From NCBI GenBank assembly GCA_016200145.1, contig JACQFH010000452.1:11692-75691 (forward strand): a DNA stretch of 64,000 bases, given 5' to 3'. Positions within the stretch are counted from its first letter, which is position 1. Each line of letters begins with the position of its first letter. Positions 1 through 8,503 of the stretch are shown here, one piece after another. The notes below the pieces were generated by a model. It had not been told where the DNA came from, did not search any database, and was given only the letters and a program-made list of their open reading frames with translations. A program made the position numbers and the translations under genes. This stretch comes from Planctomycetia bacterium (lineage in GTDB: Bacteria > Planctomycetota > Planctomycetia > Planctomycetales > Planctomycetaceae).

Positions 1-32
1 TCTCTCGAGACACAAAGACCAAATGGAACTTA

Positions 33-109
33 GCCACGGAAAAAACACGGTAGAACACGGATACAGAGTTACTCGTCGATCCGTGTTCTATCCGTGTTTC
101 ATCCGTGGC
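33..109. repeat. Imperfect ~77-nt hairpin repeat (ACACGGAT / ATCCGTG arms)
   Basis: Left arm gccacggaaaaaacacggtagaacacggat (33-62) pairs with right arm atccgtgttctatccgtgtttcatccgtggc (79-109). It is intergenic, downstream of lipA. Confidence 0.6.
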
Positions 110-255
110 CAATTTTCGCGTTCGTCAAATACAGCAGTTGGCGATGCTCCGAAGACGAGCGCCGCCACAAATCGTCGTTCATTCGACGTTCAAAGTTCGA
201 CGTTCCGTCAATTCATTTCGCCGCGCCTGGAATTCTCCGTGGCACCTTGACGCGC

Positions 256-1164
256 TCACGAAGCCGCCGCCGCGGCCATTTCGCCGGCGTGGTAGCTCGA
301 GCGCACGAACGGACCGCTCGCCACCAGCAAAAAACCCATTCGCCGCGCAAGACTGCCGATGTCGTCGAACTCTTCGGGGGGAACGTACCGCTCGACCGGC
401 AGGTGCTCGGGAGTCGGCTGCAGGTACTGGCCGAGCGTGAGCATATCGCAGCCGACGCCGCGCAGGTCGGCCAGCACGTCCAGCAGCTCTTCGGTAGTTT
501 CCCCCAGCCCCAGCATCAGTCCGCTTTTGGTCGTCATCGCCGGGCTGCTGGCCTTCACCTGCGCGAGCAGATCGAGCGTGCGGCGGTAATCGGCATTGCG
601 GCGGACGCGGTGGTACAGCCGCGGCACCGTTTCGGTGTTGTGATTGAAGACGTCGGGGTGCGCGGCGATCACCCGTTCGATCGCGGCGCGGTTCCCCAGG
701 AAGTCGGGCGTCAGCACTTCGACGTCGGCGCCGGTGCGCTCGCGGACAGCCAGCACCGAGCGATAGAAATGCTCGGCCCCCCCGTCGGGCAGATCGTCGC
801 GCGTGACCGAGGTGATCACGACGTGCTTGAGGCCCAGTCTGTGCGCCGCTTCGGCGACTCGTTCGGGTTCGTCGGCTTCGAGGGCCTCGGTCTTGCCCTT
901 GGGAACAGAACAGAAACCGCAGGGACGCGTGCAGACGTTGCCCAGGATCATAAACGTGGCGGTGCGCTGCGACCAGCATTCGGTGCGGTTCGGGCACTTG
1001 GCGCTTTCGCAGACTGTCTCGAGCCGCAGGTCGTGGATCACGTTGCCCGTGAACATCATGTCGGGCTGCGGCATGGGCCGCTTGAGCCACGGGGGCAGGC
1101 GCCGCCGCGGCGGCGGTTTGGCGATCGTGTCGAGCGCGGCAGGCTGGCCGATGATCTCAAGCAT
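256..1164 (-). CDS. lipA: Lipoyl synthase (radical SAM)
   Basis: 302 aa. Contains both LipA cysteine clusters: [13 protein letters not shown] and TRPCGFCSV (CxxxCxxC). The rest is full-length LipA-like. The start overlaps the lipB stop by 8 nt. Confidence 0.95.
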   Translation of the reverse strand: MLEIIGQPAALDTIAKPPPRRRLPPWLKRPMPQPDMMFTGNVIHDLRLETVCESAKCPNRTECWSQRTATFMILGNVCTRPCGFCSVPKGKTEALEADEPERVAEAAHRLGLKHVVITSVTRDDLPDGGAEHFYRSVLAVRERTGADVEVLTPDFLGNRAAIERVIAAHPDVFNHNTETVPRLYHRVRRNADYRRTLDLLAQVKASSPAMTTKSGLMLGLGETTEELLDVLADLRGVGCDMLTLGQYLQPTPEHLPVERYVPPEEFDDIGSLARRMGFLLVASGPFVRSSYHAGEMAAAAAS

Positions 1165-1888
1165 ACGCCACCACGCGCTTCGTGCGGACCAGCAGTGGAT
1201 GCCCCGTGTAGAGATGGTAGCGTTCGTAGTCGAGATGCGCAGCCAGCCGGCGGATGAGGCATTCGCGAACGGCCGGCATCGAGACAGTCTGGCCGCGCGC
1301 GGTCGCCAGCGATGTAGCGCGGCCGAACTGCGACCGCACGAGAGACAGGGCGTCCATCCGCGGACTCACGTTGACGAACAACCCGTGCGAGCTGATCGAC
1401 GAGCGGATGGCGACTCCCAAGTGGGCGACTTGGCCGGTACGGCAGAAAACCCCCGCCGCCTCAGGAACTCGCCAGGCGCGGACGTGCGTCTCGCGGCACA
1501 GGTCGACAAGGGCCAGCTCGAGCCGTTCGCGCAGCGCGCTTAAGCCCCAGCCGCGGCGCGCGACCGGCAGAATGGGATAGAGGGCGAGCTGTCCCGGCGC
1601 GTGGACGACGCTCCCGCCGCCGCGGTTGAGCCACCGCACAGCGATCTGGCGGGCGAGCAACTCTTCCTGCGAGCAGCGGAGCTCGGCGCGGCTTCCTTCG
1701 CGCCCCACGGTGATCAGGGGAGGGTGCTCGCAGACGAGCAATGCCCCGCGGCCGTCGTCGTACCCCGCGACTTCGCGCATTAACCGCTCCTGCAGAGCGA
1801 TCGCCGCGTCAAAATCGACCAGCCCCAGCAGATAGACCTCAAGCGCACCATTGGGCGCGCCGGTCGATTTGGGCTCGGGGGCATTCAT
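1157..1888 (-). CDS. lipB: Octanoyltransferase (lipoate-protein ligase B)
   Basis: LipB-like blocks [17 protein letters not shown] and [20 protein letters not shown] place the start at the internal ATG (MNAPEPK, 1888) rather than the ORF maximum of 2143. It appears to form an operon with lipA. Confidence 0.88.
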   Translation of the reverse strand: MNAPEPKSTGAPNGALEVYLLGLVDFDAAIALQERLMREVAGYDDGRGALLVCEHPPLITVGREGSRAELRCSQEELLARQIAVRWLNRGGGSVVHAPGQLALYPILPVARRGWGLSALRERLELALVDLCRETHVRAWRVPEAAGVFCRTGQVAHLGVAIRSSISSHGLFVNVSPRMDALSLVRSQFGRATSLATARGQTVSMPAVRECLIRRLAAHLDYERYHLYTGHPLLVRTKRVVAYA

Positions 1889-2157
1889 GATCGGTCGTTG
1901 GTCGTCCACGAGGATTGCAGCGCCGTCGATCAACTGATCCCGACATGGCAAACCTCGCTGAATTTTTACTCGTCGCAAAACCCGCAAAGCACGGATCCCG
2001 CATGACTCCATACTACCAGTCGCCACAGCGCGGCTCAATATGCCGCGATTGGGCCCGCGAGCCGGGGACGTAAGTCCCCGGGTGCCTCCGCCTGCCAGCA
2101 GCGCTCCACCGGCGATGTCGGCGGTTGTCCGCGTCGCGTCCACGCGGGTCGGCAGGT

Positions 2158-2610
2158 ATGATGCCGCGCATGTCCATCCTCGTCCCCGTCCTGGCTGTCG
2201 CGTTCGTCGCCTTTTGCGTGTGGCTGGCGGTGCGGATTGTGAATCGGAGCGAGCGCTGGGCGAAACGGCTGGCGGTGGCGCTGGTCGTCAGCTCGCCTTT
2301 GCTGTATGTCGCCAGCCTCGGACCGGCGTGCTGGGCCGTCGGCGACCTGGCAGACGCGAACGAGAAGACGATCAACGCCATACCAGTCATCTATTATCCG
2401 ATCCTTCGGTTGGCGCGGTACCTGCGGCCACAGGTTGGTCCCGGCCAATACGAGCTCAGCCGGCTCGATCGCTGGATTGGCTGGTATGCCACGTTGTTGC
2501 GACGTGACGGCGCTTCGCCGGGCCAACTGTCGACGGGTGAAGGCGTCTGGTTCGTGCCGCCTGACGATCCGCCGCCCGACGAGCCTCAGCCAGATGGTTC
2601 GCCCCCGTAG
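2158..2610 (+). CDS. Two-TM membrane protein of unknown function (paralogue of 29228..29710)
   Basis: TM1 (ILVPVLAVAFVAFCVWLAV), then RIVNRSERWAKR, then TM2 (VVSSPLLYVASLGPACWAV), with a Pro/Asp-rich tail. The same TM1-RIxNRxERWAKR-TM2-PACW layout occurs at 29228..29710. ATG at 2158 is chosen over TTG at 2125. Confidence 0.55.
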   Translation: MMPRMSILVPVLAVAFVAFCVWLAVRIVNRSERWAKRLAVALVVSSPLLYVASLGPACWAVGDLADANEKTINAIPVIYYPILRLARYLRPQVGPGQYELSRLDRWIGWYATLLRRDGASPGQLSTGEGVWFVPPDDPPPDEPQPDGSPP

Positions 2611-2840
2611 GGAAAATGCGGAGTTCGGAATTCAGAATGCGGAATGAAATGACATTTCGGATTTCGGAATTGCTTAGACATTCGAATCTCGTCGTTCGTC
2701 GTTCAAACGTGCCGTGCGATTCCAGCTCGCCTCGGGCTTGCCTCTTCGCGCCGTATTCGCCGGCAAAATCTTAAGGACATGCCGGCGCACCCGTGGGCGA
2801 CCAATTCTATTCGAATTGGTACCCGTTCCCACGGCTCGCC
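2611..2840. repeat. Composite REP/MITE-like element (GGAATTCGGAGTGCGGAAT-type module plus 127-nt GCTTGCCTCTTCGCG module)
   Basis: 2611-2672 carries the ggaaaatgcggagttcggaattcagaatgcggaat module. 2711-2837 is colinear with 24196-24322 (gccgtgcgatNccagctcgcctcgggcttgcctcttcgcg ... cacccgtgggcgaccaattc.attcgaat.ggt.cccgttcccacggctc). Reverse-oriented copies lie at 4032-4140 and 13290-13396. Confidence 0.8.
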
Positions 2841-2901
2841 CTGTGAAACTCGATCCTCTATCCTCTATCTTCCTTCTATCCTCTGCTTCCTCTGCCCCGG
2901 C

Positions 2902-3384
2902 GTGCCTCCCGTGACCCGCAGTTCCGACAATCCGAACGACAAGACAATCTGCACGAACCGCAAGGCGCGGCACGAGTACGAGATTCTCGACCAGCTCGAA
3001 TGCGGCGTCGTGCTGAAGGGGAGCGAGGTCAAAAGCCTGCGCGACGGCAAGGTGTCGCTCGACGAAGCGTACGCCCGCATCCGCGACGGCGAGCTGTGGC
3101 TCGTGGGGTGCGACATCGCTGTCTATCCCCAGGCGAGCCTGCTCAACCACGAGCCGAAGCGGGCGCGAAAGCTGTTGATCCATCGGCGCGAACTGCAGAA
3201 GTTCGCCGAACAGGCGGGCCACAGAGGCCTGACGCTCATACCTCTCTCGCTGTATTTCACGAAGGGCAAGGTGAAGGTCAAGATCGCCATTGCCCGCGGG
3301 AAGAAACTGCACGACAAGCGCGAATCACTGAAGAAGTCGGAAGCGCAGCGCGAGATTCAGCGCGAGCTGTCGCGGCGCCGGTGA
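2902..3384 (+). CDS. smpB: SsrA-binding protein SmpB
   Basis: NRKARHEYEILDQLECGVVLKGSEVKSLRDGKVSLDEAY...LLIHRRELQKF...KGKVKVKIAIARGKKLHDKRE is canonical SmpB. The ORF-track ATG at 2779 lies inside the repeat element, so an in-frame GTG at 2902 or 2911 is more likely. Confidence 0.9.
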   Translation: MPPVTRSSDNPNDKTICTNRKARHEYEILDQLECGVVLKGSEVKSLRDGKVSLDEAYARIRDGELWLVGCDIAVYPQASLLNHEPKRARKLLIHRRELQKFAEQAGHRGLTLIPLSLYFTKGKVKVKIAIARGKKLHDKRESLKKSEAQREIQRELSRRR

Positions 3385-3809
3385 AATTGGTCCAGCGACT
3401 TCAAATCAAGGTGCTTGACGTGGATCAGGCGATGGCCGACGAGGTCGACCACCGCCTGCGACTGCTCGAGCACGATGTATCCGATTAAGGGTTCGTACGC
3501 ACCGTCATGCGGATGCATTTCGAGGAACAGGACCTCCGAATAGATGGGGTCAAAACCCTCGAGCTGAATCTTCACAGGCCCGCAAACATCGCCGTGAACG
3601 ATGTCCTGCGTCGCTGTTTCCAGTTCGACACGGCGCACGGTTTCCAGCTCTCCGAGGCGCTCGCGCCATTCGGTCGGCAGCACCATCAGCGATGCACCCG
3701 TATCGACCAGCGCGTCACAGCGAATCGCTTTCGACGGATCGACGACGTTGTTGATCTTGATTGAGCTGGTGATTCGTCCCATCGTAAACGTCCCTTCGAA
3801 CCCAATCAT
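3357..3809 (-). CDS. Retropepsin-like (clan AA) aspartic protease
   Basis: 150 aa with ALVDTGASLMVLP (D-T-G-A active-site signature) and a small single-domain size. The 3' end overlaps the smpB 3' end by 28 nt (convergent). Confidence 0.65.
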   Translation of the reverse strand: MIGFEGTFTMGRITSSIKINNVVDPSKAIRCDALVDTGASLMVLPTEWRERLGELETVRRVELETATQDIVHGDVCGPVKIQLEGFDPIYSEVLFLEMHPHDGAYEPLIGYIVLEQSQAVVDLVGHRLIHVKHLDLKSLDQFHRRRDSSR

Positions 3810-3841
3810 ACCAGACGACCGCGCATCGAAACTGGCTTTAA

Positions 3842-4140
3842 GAAAACTCGATCCGCAGATTTCTCAGATTTTTGCAGATGATCGTGCACGCGGGCCGTGC
3901 TTCAATCTGTGAAATCTGAGCAATCTGGGGATAAGCCCTTTCGTCGCGAATTCTTCATCCGTGGGATTGCCACGCCATCCGTGGGTCTACGGGTGCATCG
4001 GCATGTTACAAAAACATTGTCCGCGGCTGCGGCGCAAAGAGGCAAGCCCGACACGAGATGGTATCGCACGGCAAGATAAGTTTGATCTTCGACTCTCAAT
4101 TTCCGATTCCGAACTCCGAATTCCGCACTCCGCATTTCCC
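3842..4140. repeat. Mosaic of four repeat families between the retropepsin gene and proB
   Basis: 3842-3932 is a degenerate CAGATTT/ATCTG hairpin (compare 19732-19814). 3957-3985 is atccgtgggattgccacgccatccgtggg (same as 56543-56571). 4032-4075 is gcgcaaagaggcaagcccgac...atcgcacggcaag. 4095-4140 is ccgaactccgaattccgcactccgcatttccc. Confidence 0.8.
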
Positions 4141-5283
4141 TTACGCCGTCACCACGAGGTTGTCGCAGTGGATGACTTCGTCGTAGGGGAGGCTGCCGAG
4201 GATTTCGGCGATCTGTTCGGTGCGCTTGCCGGCGATCCGCCGGGCGTCGTGGGCGCCGAAATTCGTCAGGCCGCGCGCGAACTCCGTTCCCGACTTGTCG
4301 ACGAGCGACACGACTTCGCCTTTCGAGAAATCGCCGTCGATCTCGACAATGCCGATCGCCAGCAGCGAACGGCCGCGCTGGGCGATTGCCTTGCGGGCGC
4401 CGTCGTCGAGGACGTACCGGCCGCGCGGGGGGAGCGAATAGCCGATCCACCGCTTCCAGGCGGGAATCGATTCTCCCTTCGCCAGAAACAGCGTGCCGAC
4501 TTCGTCACCCGCGAGGATTCGCGCCAGAACATCGGGTGCGCGGCCGTCGGCGATGATCACGCTTTCGCCGACGGCGGTGGCGGCGCGGGCCGCTTCGAGC
4601 TTGCTCTGCATGCCGCCGGTGCCCCGTGCGCTCTTGGCCGCGGTGGCCAGCTTCAGCAGCGATTCGTCCCAGTTCTCGACGACGGGGATCAGCCGGCTGG
4701 AGGGATTCGCCGGATCGCCGTCGTAAAGCCCGTCGACGACCGACAGAATCACCAGGAGCGGCGATTCGAGCAGGTTCGTTACCAGGGCCGCCAGGCGGTC
4801 GTTGTCGCCGAAGCGGATTTCGTCGACGCTCACCGTGTCGTTTTCGTTGATGATCGGAATCGCGTTGTATTCGAACAGTGTGCGCAGCGTGTTCCGCACA
4901 TTGAGATACCGCGCCCGCCGGCGGAAGTCGTTGGCCGTCAGCAGAAGCTGCGCGGCGTGATATCCGTAAGTCTTGAAGGCGTCGTCGTAGCGGTGGATCA
5001 GATGGGCCTGCCCGACGGCGGCCGACGCCTGCAGGTGCGGCAGGTCGTCGGGGCGCTTGTCGAGCCCCAACAGACCGATCCCCGCGCCGATGGCTCCACT
5101 CGAAACGAGCACCACGCGCTTGCCCGAGGCCCGCACCTGGTGGATCTGCGCCGCCAGTGATTCGAACCGGCTGTCGTCGAGCGTGTCGTCGTCTTTCGAC
5201 AGCACGTTTGTGCCGATTTTGACGACCAGAGTTTTCGCCGTGGCGATGATCTCGCGGCGAACCAGGTTGACGGGAACAGTCAT
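4141..5283 (-). CDS. proB: Glutamate 5-kinase with C-terminal PUA domain
   Basis: 380 aa with [22 protein letters not shown] and [12 protein letters not shown]. The C-terminal segment is PUA-like ([13 protein letters not shown]...). Confidence 0.93.
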   Translation of the reverse strand: MTVPVNLVRREIIATAKTLVVKIGTNVLSKDDDTLDDSRFESLAAQIHQVRASGKRVVLVSSGAIGAGIGLLGLDKRPDDLPHLQASAAVGQAHLIHRYDDAFKTYGYHAAQLLLTANDFRRRARYLNVRNTLRTLFEYNAIPIINENDTVSVDEIRFGDNDRLAALVTNLLESPLLVILSVVDGLYDGDPANPSSRLIPVVENWDESLLKLATAAKSARGTGGMQSKLEAARAATAVGESVIIADGRAPDVLARILAGDEVGTLFLAKGESIPAWKRWIGYSLPPRGRYVLDDGARKAIAQRGRSLLAIGIVEIDGDFSKGEVVSLVDKSGTEFARGLTNFGAHDARRIAGKRTEQIAEILGSLPYDEVIHCDNLVVTA

Positions 5284-5356
5284 GCCGCCATGATAAGCGA
5301 GTTATTCACTGATGTCAGCCGGATTGGGATTAGCTATCGCATTCGAATGAGCGCCG

Positions 5357-5549
5357 ACCCCTGCCGGTTTACCGGCAGGTGAATCAGATTCTCAGGCTAT
5401 CCGCGACGACTTCAGGTCAAACGTACGTGCGCATATTCAAGCTGCAAATCTGATTCACCTGCCACACAAGGTAGCAGGGGTCTTGTTTCGTGCGGGAGTA
5501 TCTAACTGGCAATCTTCTTCACCTGCCGCACGAGGCGGCAGGGGTCGTG
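5357..5549. repeat. Three copies of a GACCCCTGCCG...CGGCAGGTGAA hairpin repeat
   Basis: Copies at 5357-5391 (forward), 5446-5481 and 5516-5549 (reverse). The first two are inverted relative to each other and share the tail GGTGAATCAGATT. Related hairpins lie at 40409-40437 and 40469-40507. Confidence 0.75.
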
Positions 5550-5586
5550 TCGCTTTTCAAACTGACTGCGCCGGGTGTGATGTGCC

Positions 5587-5619
5587 GTGCCCCGGCCGCC
5601 GAAAAACCGGCCGGGGCAC
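5587..5619 (+). other. Strong 12-bp GC stem-loop in the proB/purF divergent intergenic region
   Basis: gtgccccggccg (5587-5598) pairs perfectly with cggccggggcac (5608-5619) across a 9-nt loop, followed only by TTT. It lies 100 nt upstream of the purF ATG. Function unknown (leader structure or REP). Confidence 0.4.
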
Positions 5620-5718
5620 TTTCGCGATCCCCCGCCCGTTGGTAATCGCCTGCCCGACGCACTATGATGGAACCCCCGGCGACCCCATCCCTCCCTCCCC
5701 GGCAACACGAACGGCATT

Positions 5719-7311
5719 ATGGCTGAATTGCATCACGAATGCGGAATCGTGGCGATCTATCACCTGCCCGACCGGGGCGTGAGCCCCCTTCTGCCGATTC
5801 CCGATCCTCAGCAGGCGAGCCGGCTGGTGCCGCGGATGCTGCTCGACGTGCAGAACCGGGGGCAGCTTGCCGCCGGCATGACGAGCTTCAACAGCGAGCG
5901 CAACCAGCTCATCGACACTTATAAAGACGTGGGCTCCGTGGCCGAAGTCTTCAAGCTCAATCAGGCGGTCGAATACGACCAGCTCATGGGCGAGTACTCG
6001 GGCGCGGCGGCCATCGGGCACGTACGATACGCGACCTGCGGCAAAGACGACCGCAGCTACGCGCAGCCGTTCGAGCGGCACCACATCGAGAAGCCGAAAT
6101 GGTTCAGCTTCGCCTTCAACGGCCAGCTTGCCAACTACCCCGAGCTGCGCGAAGAGCTGTTGTCGCAGCCCGAGTTCCACCTGGCGCGCGAGACCGACAC
6201 CGAAATTCTGATGCACTCGATCTGCCGCGAGCTGTCAGGCGACAAGAAGCCCAGCATGGTCGAGCTGCTGGCGGCCCTGGCGCAACGGTTCGACGGAGCG
6301 TACAACATCGTGTTTCTGAATGCCGTGGGAGACATGTTCGTCGCCCGCGATCCCTTAGGGATCAGGCCGCTGTGTTACGCGGTCGAAGGCCCGCTGTTCG
6401 CCGCCGCGAGCGAAAGTGTGGCGCTGGCAAACCTCGGCTTCAGCCGCGAGAGCATCAAGAGCCTCGAACCGGGGCATGCCGTCATCATTCAGAACGGCGT
6501 CCTGACACTGAAGAAATTCGCCGCCAGCCCCCGGCAGGCGCACTGCTTCTTCGAATGGATCTACTTCGCCAACGTCGCCAGCACGCTCGACGAACGCAGC
6601 GTGTACCTGACGCGCAAGGCGCTGGGTGAAGAACTGGCCCGCGTCGAGACTGCGCCGATCGACGAAGACACGATCGTGATTCCGGTCCCCGACACCGCCA
6701 AAGCGGCGGCGGCCAGCATGGCCTACAAGCTGGGCGTGCCCTGCCTCGAGGGGCTGATGCGAAACCGCTACGTCGGGCGGACGTTCATCGAAGGCCGGAA
6801 CCGGGCCGACAAGGCCCGCCTCAAGTACACGCCGCTCCCCGAGGTGCTGCAGGACAAGCGCGTCCTGCTGGTCGAAGACACGATCGTCCGTTCCACGACG
6901 ATGAAGGCGCTGATTTCGCAGTTGCGCGAACGGGGACTGGCGCGCGAGGTGCACGTCCGCGTCGCCTGCCCGCCGATCGTCGCCCCCTGCTTCTACGGCA
7001 TCGACATGTCGACGGTCGACGAACTGTTCGCCCCCAAGTTCCTCAAAGGGGGCGAGCTGACCCCGGCGATCGAGCAGCGGATGGCGCTGGCCCTGGGGGC
7101 AGACAGCCTGCGCTACCTGCCCGTCGAGGCGATCGCCCGCTGCGTCGACAAGCACCGCGACCACCTGTGCCAGGCCTGCATCGACGGACGCTACCCGACG
7201 TCGGCCGGCCGGCGGTTGTACCAGATCGCTCTCGACAATGCGTCAGCCGGGGATCTTAGCGGCGGCCGGACGTATGAATCCGCGGGGCTCGCGTCCGGCG
7301 CGCGGATGTAG
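5719..7311 (+). CDS. purF: Amidophosphoribosyltransferase
   Basis: N-terminal nucleophile ...HECGIVAI, a class-II glutaminase domain, and the PRTase motif [13 protein letters not shown]. 530 aa. Confidence 0.95.
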   Translation: MAELHHECGIVAIYHLPDRGVSPLLPIPDPQQASRLVPRMLLDVQNRGQLAAGMTSFNSERNQLIDTYKDVGSVAEVFKLNQAVEYDQLMGEYSGAAAIGHVRYATCGKDDRSYAQPFERHHIEKPKWFSFAFNGQLANYPELREELLSQPEFHLARETDTEILMHSICRELSGDKKPSMVELLAALAQRFDGAYNIVFLNAVGDMFVARDPLGIRPLCYAVEGPLFAAASESVALANLGFSRESIKSLEPGHAVIIQNGVLTLKKFAASPRQAHCFFEWIYFANVASTLDERSVYLTRKALGEELARVETAPIDEDTIVIPVPDTAKAAAASMAYKLGVPCLEGLMRNRYVGRTFIEGRNRADKARLKYTPLPEVLQDKRVLLVEDTIVRSTTMKALISQLRERGLAREVHVRVACPPIVAPCFYGIDMSTVDELFAPKFLKGGELTPAIEQRMALALGADSLRYLPVEAIARCVDKHRDHLCQACIDGRYPTSAGRRLYQIALDNASAGDLSGGRTYESAGLASGARM

Positions 7312-7318
7312 CCCCGCC

Positions 7319-7708
7319 ATGGTCGCCGAGCACGAAATCCAGATTCGGGTCCGGTACAGCGAAACCGACGCGATGGGCTATCTGCACCACGCGCACTACT
7401 TCGCGTATTTCGAGATGGGGCGCACCGAGCTGTTGCGATCGCAGGGGGGCAATTACCGCGTCATGGAAGAAGGGGGGCTGTTCATGGTCGTCATCCACCT
7501 CGAGTGCAAGTACCGCCAGCCCGCCCGCTACGACGATGTCCTTACGCTGAAAACCCGCATCGCCCGTGTCACTCCGGCCAAGCTCGAGCACGAATACCGG
7601 CTCTATCGTGACGGCGATCTGCTGACCGAAGCCCGCAGCACGCTCGCGTGCGTCGACGCGAACGGGATCGTGCAGCGCATTCCGGATGTGTTTCAGGGGA
7701 TCGTGTAG
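7319..7708 (+). CDS. Acyl-CoA thioesterase, 4HBT/YbgC family
   Basis: [26 protein letters not shown] is the hot-dog fold signature. I place the start at MVAEHE (7319), 8 nt after the purF stop. Confidence 0.85.
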   Translation: MVAEHEIQIRVRYSETDAMGYLHHAHYFAYFEMGRTELLRSQGGNYRVMEEGGLFMVVIHLECKYRQPARYDDVLTLKTRIARVTPAKLEHEYRLYRDGDLLTEARSTLACVDANGIVQRIPDVFQGIV

Positions 7709-7723
7709 CGCGCTTTGTGCGAC

Positions 7724-7862
7724 GACGACGCGAAGAGGCAAGCACGATGTGAGTCGATTGAGCATGCGGTACGCGTCAGAAACAGACGATGCGCGCACGA
7801 GTGTTGATCGACGACACAATCGCAAATCACGCCCTCGTCGAGCTTGCCTCTTCGCGAATCGC
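7724..7862. repeat. REPIN-like inverted pair of the GCGAAGAGGCAAGC repeat
   Basis: gacgacgcgaagaggcaagcacgatgtgagtcgattgagcatgcggtacg (7724-7773) and ...cgccctcgtcgagcttgcctcttcgcgaatcgc (7812-7862) are in opposite orientation with the GCGAAGAGGCAAGC/GCTTGCCTCTTCGC ends outermost. The pair lies directly upstream of the Y1-transposase-like ORF. Confidence 0.7.
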
Positions 7863-7916
7863 ATGAATGTAAGCATTCGCTTGCACAGTGCGAGATTCAA
7901 CGTACGATAAACAATC

Positions 7917-8240
7917 ATGGCGCGCACGCACTCGCGAATCGTCATCGGGCATCATCAGATCTTGCACGGGTACGGGCACTGGCTCCCGAACGACCCGAGG
8001 GGCAGCGGGTCGCAGGAAATTCGCGACGAGAAGTTTGCAGACTTGGGGCCGGTGCACTTCGGGCGCAAGCAAGTGCAGCCCTCGCGCCAGGCGCTGCGCG
8101 AATTCCGGCGCGAAGCTGAGCCGCTGCTTGATTTCCCGTTGATTTGGTTTGACGACGCGAAGAGGCAAGCACTCGGCGACTCGATCGCGCAAGTCATTCG
8201 CGACATCATATGCAACAAACTTATGCGAGTTGCCCGCTGA
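7917..8240 (+). pseudogene. Truncated IS200/IS605-like (Y1/HUH) transposase-like gene, N-terminal part only
   Basis: ILHGYGHWLPNDPRGSGS resembles, from memory, the N-terminal YG.WLPNDPRGSWS block of transposase-like proteins common in planctomycetes. No HUH (H-hydrophobic-H) or catalytic Tyr region follows. From 8151 the ORF runs into a copy of the GCGAAGAGGCAAGC repeat. Confidence 0.4.
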
Positions 8241-8503
8241 TTAGGCACACGAACTGCTTCAAAGCACTTCGCGAGGCTCAACAACCTCTATTTTCAGCGT
8301 GTCCTCCGCCGGGCTTTGCGTCTTCGCGTGTCGTTTCGCGCCCCGGCACGCAAACTGCTCAATGCCGCCCGCAGGCGGCAAGTTCGTTTGCGCTGCGCTC
8401 CGTTTCCTCCTGATCGGCGTACCGCCATGAATCTGCACAGCGGTCTGTTCCTGAAATCGCTCGTCCGCCGCCTGAATTCTTCCCACTCAAACCAGGGTCG
8501 ATC

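Noticed and set aside
2779-2901. The ORF-track ATG start (2779) for smpB.
   Set aside because: These codons lie inside the 127-nt repeat element and add ~40 non-conserved residues. SmpB homology starts near residue 50 of that ORF, and in-frame GTGs at 2902/2911 fit better.
2611-4140. Looked for a tmRNA (ssrA) gene next to smpB.
   Set aside because: Both flanks consist of the repeat families found elsewhere in the window. I saw no GGGG...tRNA-like 5' end, no tag reading frame, and no T-arm plus CCA 3' end.
5357-5549. Three ~30-nt repeats spaced 55-90 nt apart looked at first like a mini CRISPR array.
   Set aside because: The copies are in mixed orientation and each is itself a hairpin. Spacing is irregular, related copies occur singly at 40.4 kb, and no cas genes are present. 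These are REP-type hairpins.
5483-5718. A purine or ZTP riboswitch upstream of purF.
   Set aside because: Only loose resemblances were found (ACTGACTGCGCC versus the ZTP GACUGGCG core). The 3' CCGCCUGGGC element and the purine-riboswitch loops are absent.
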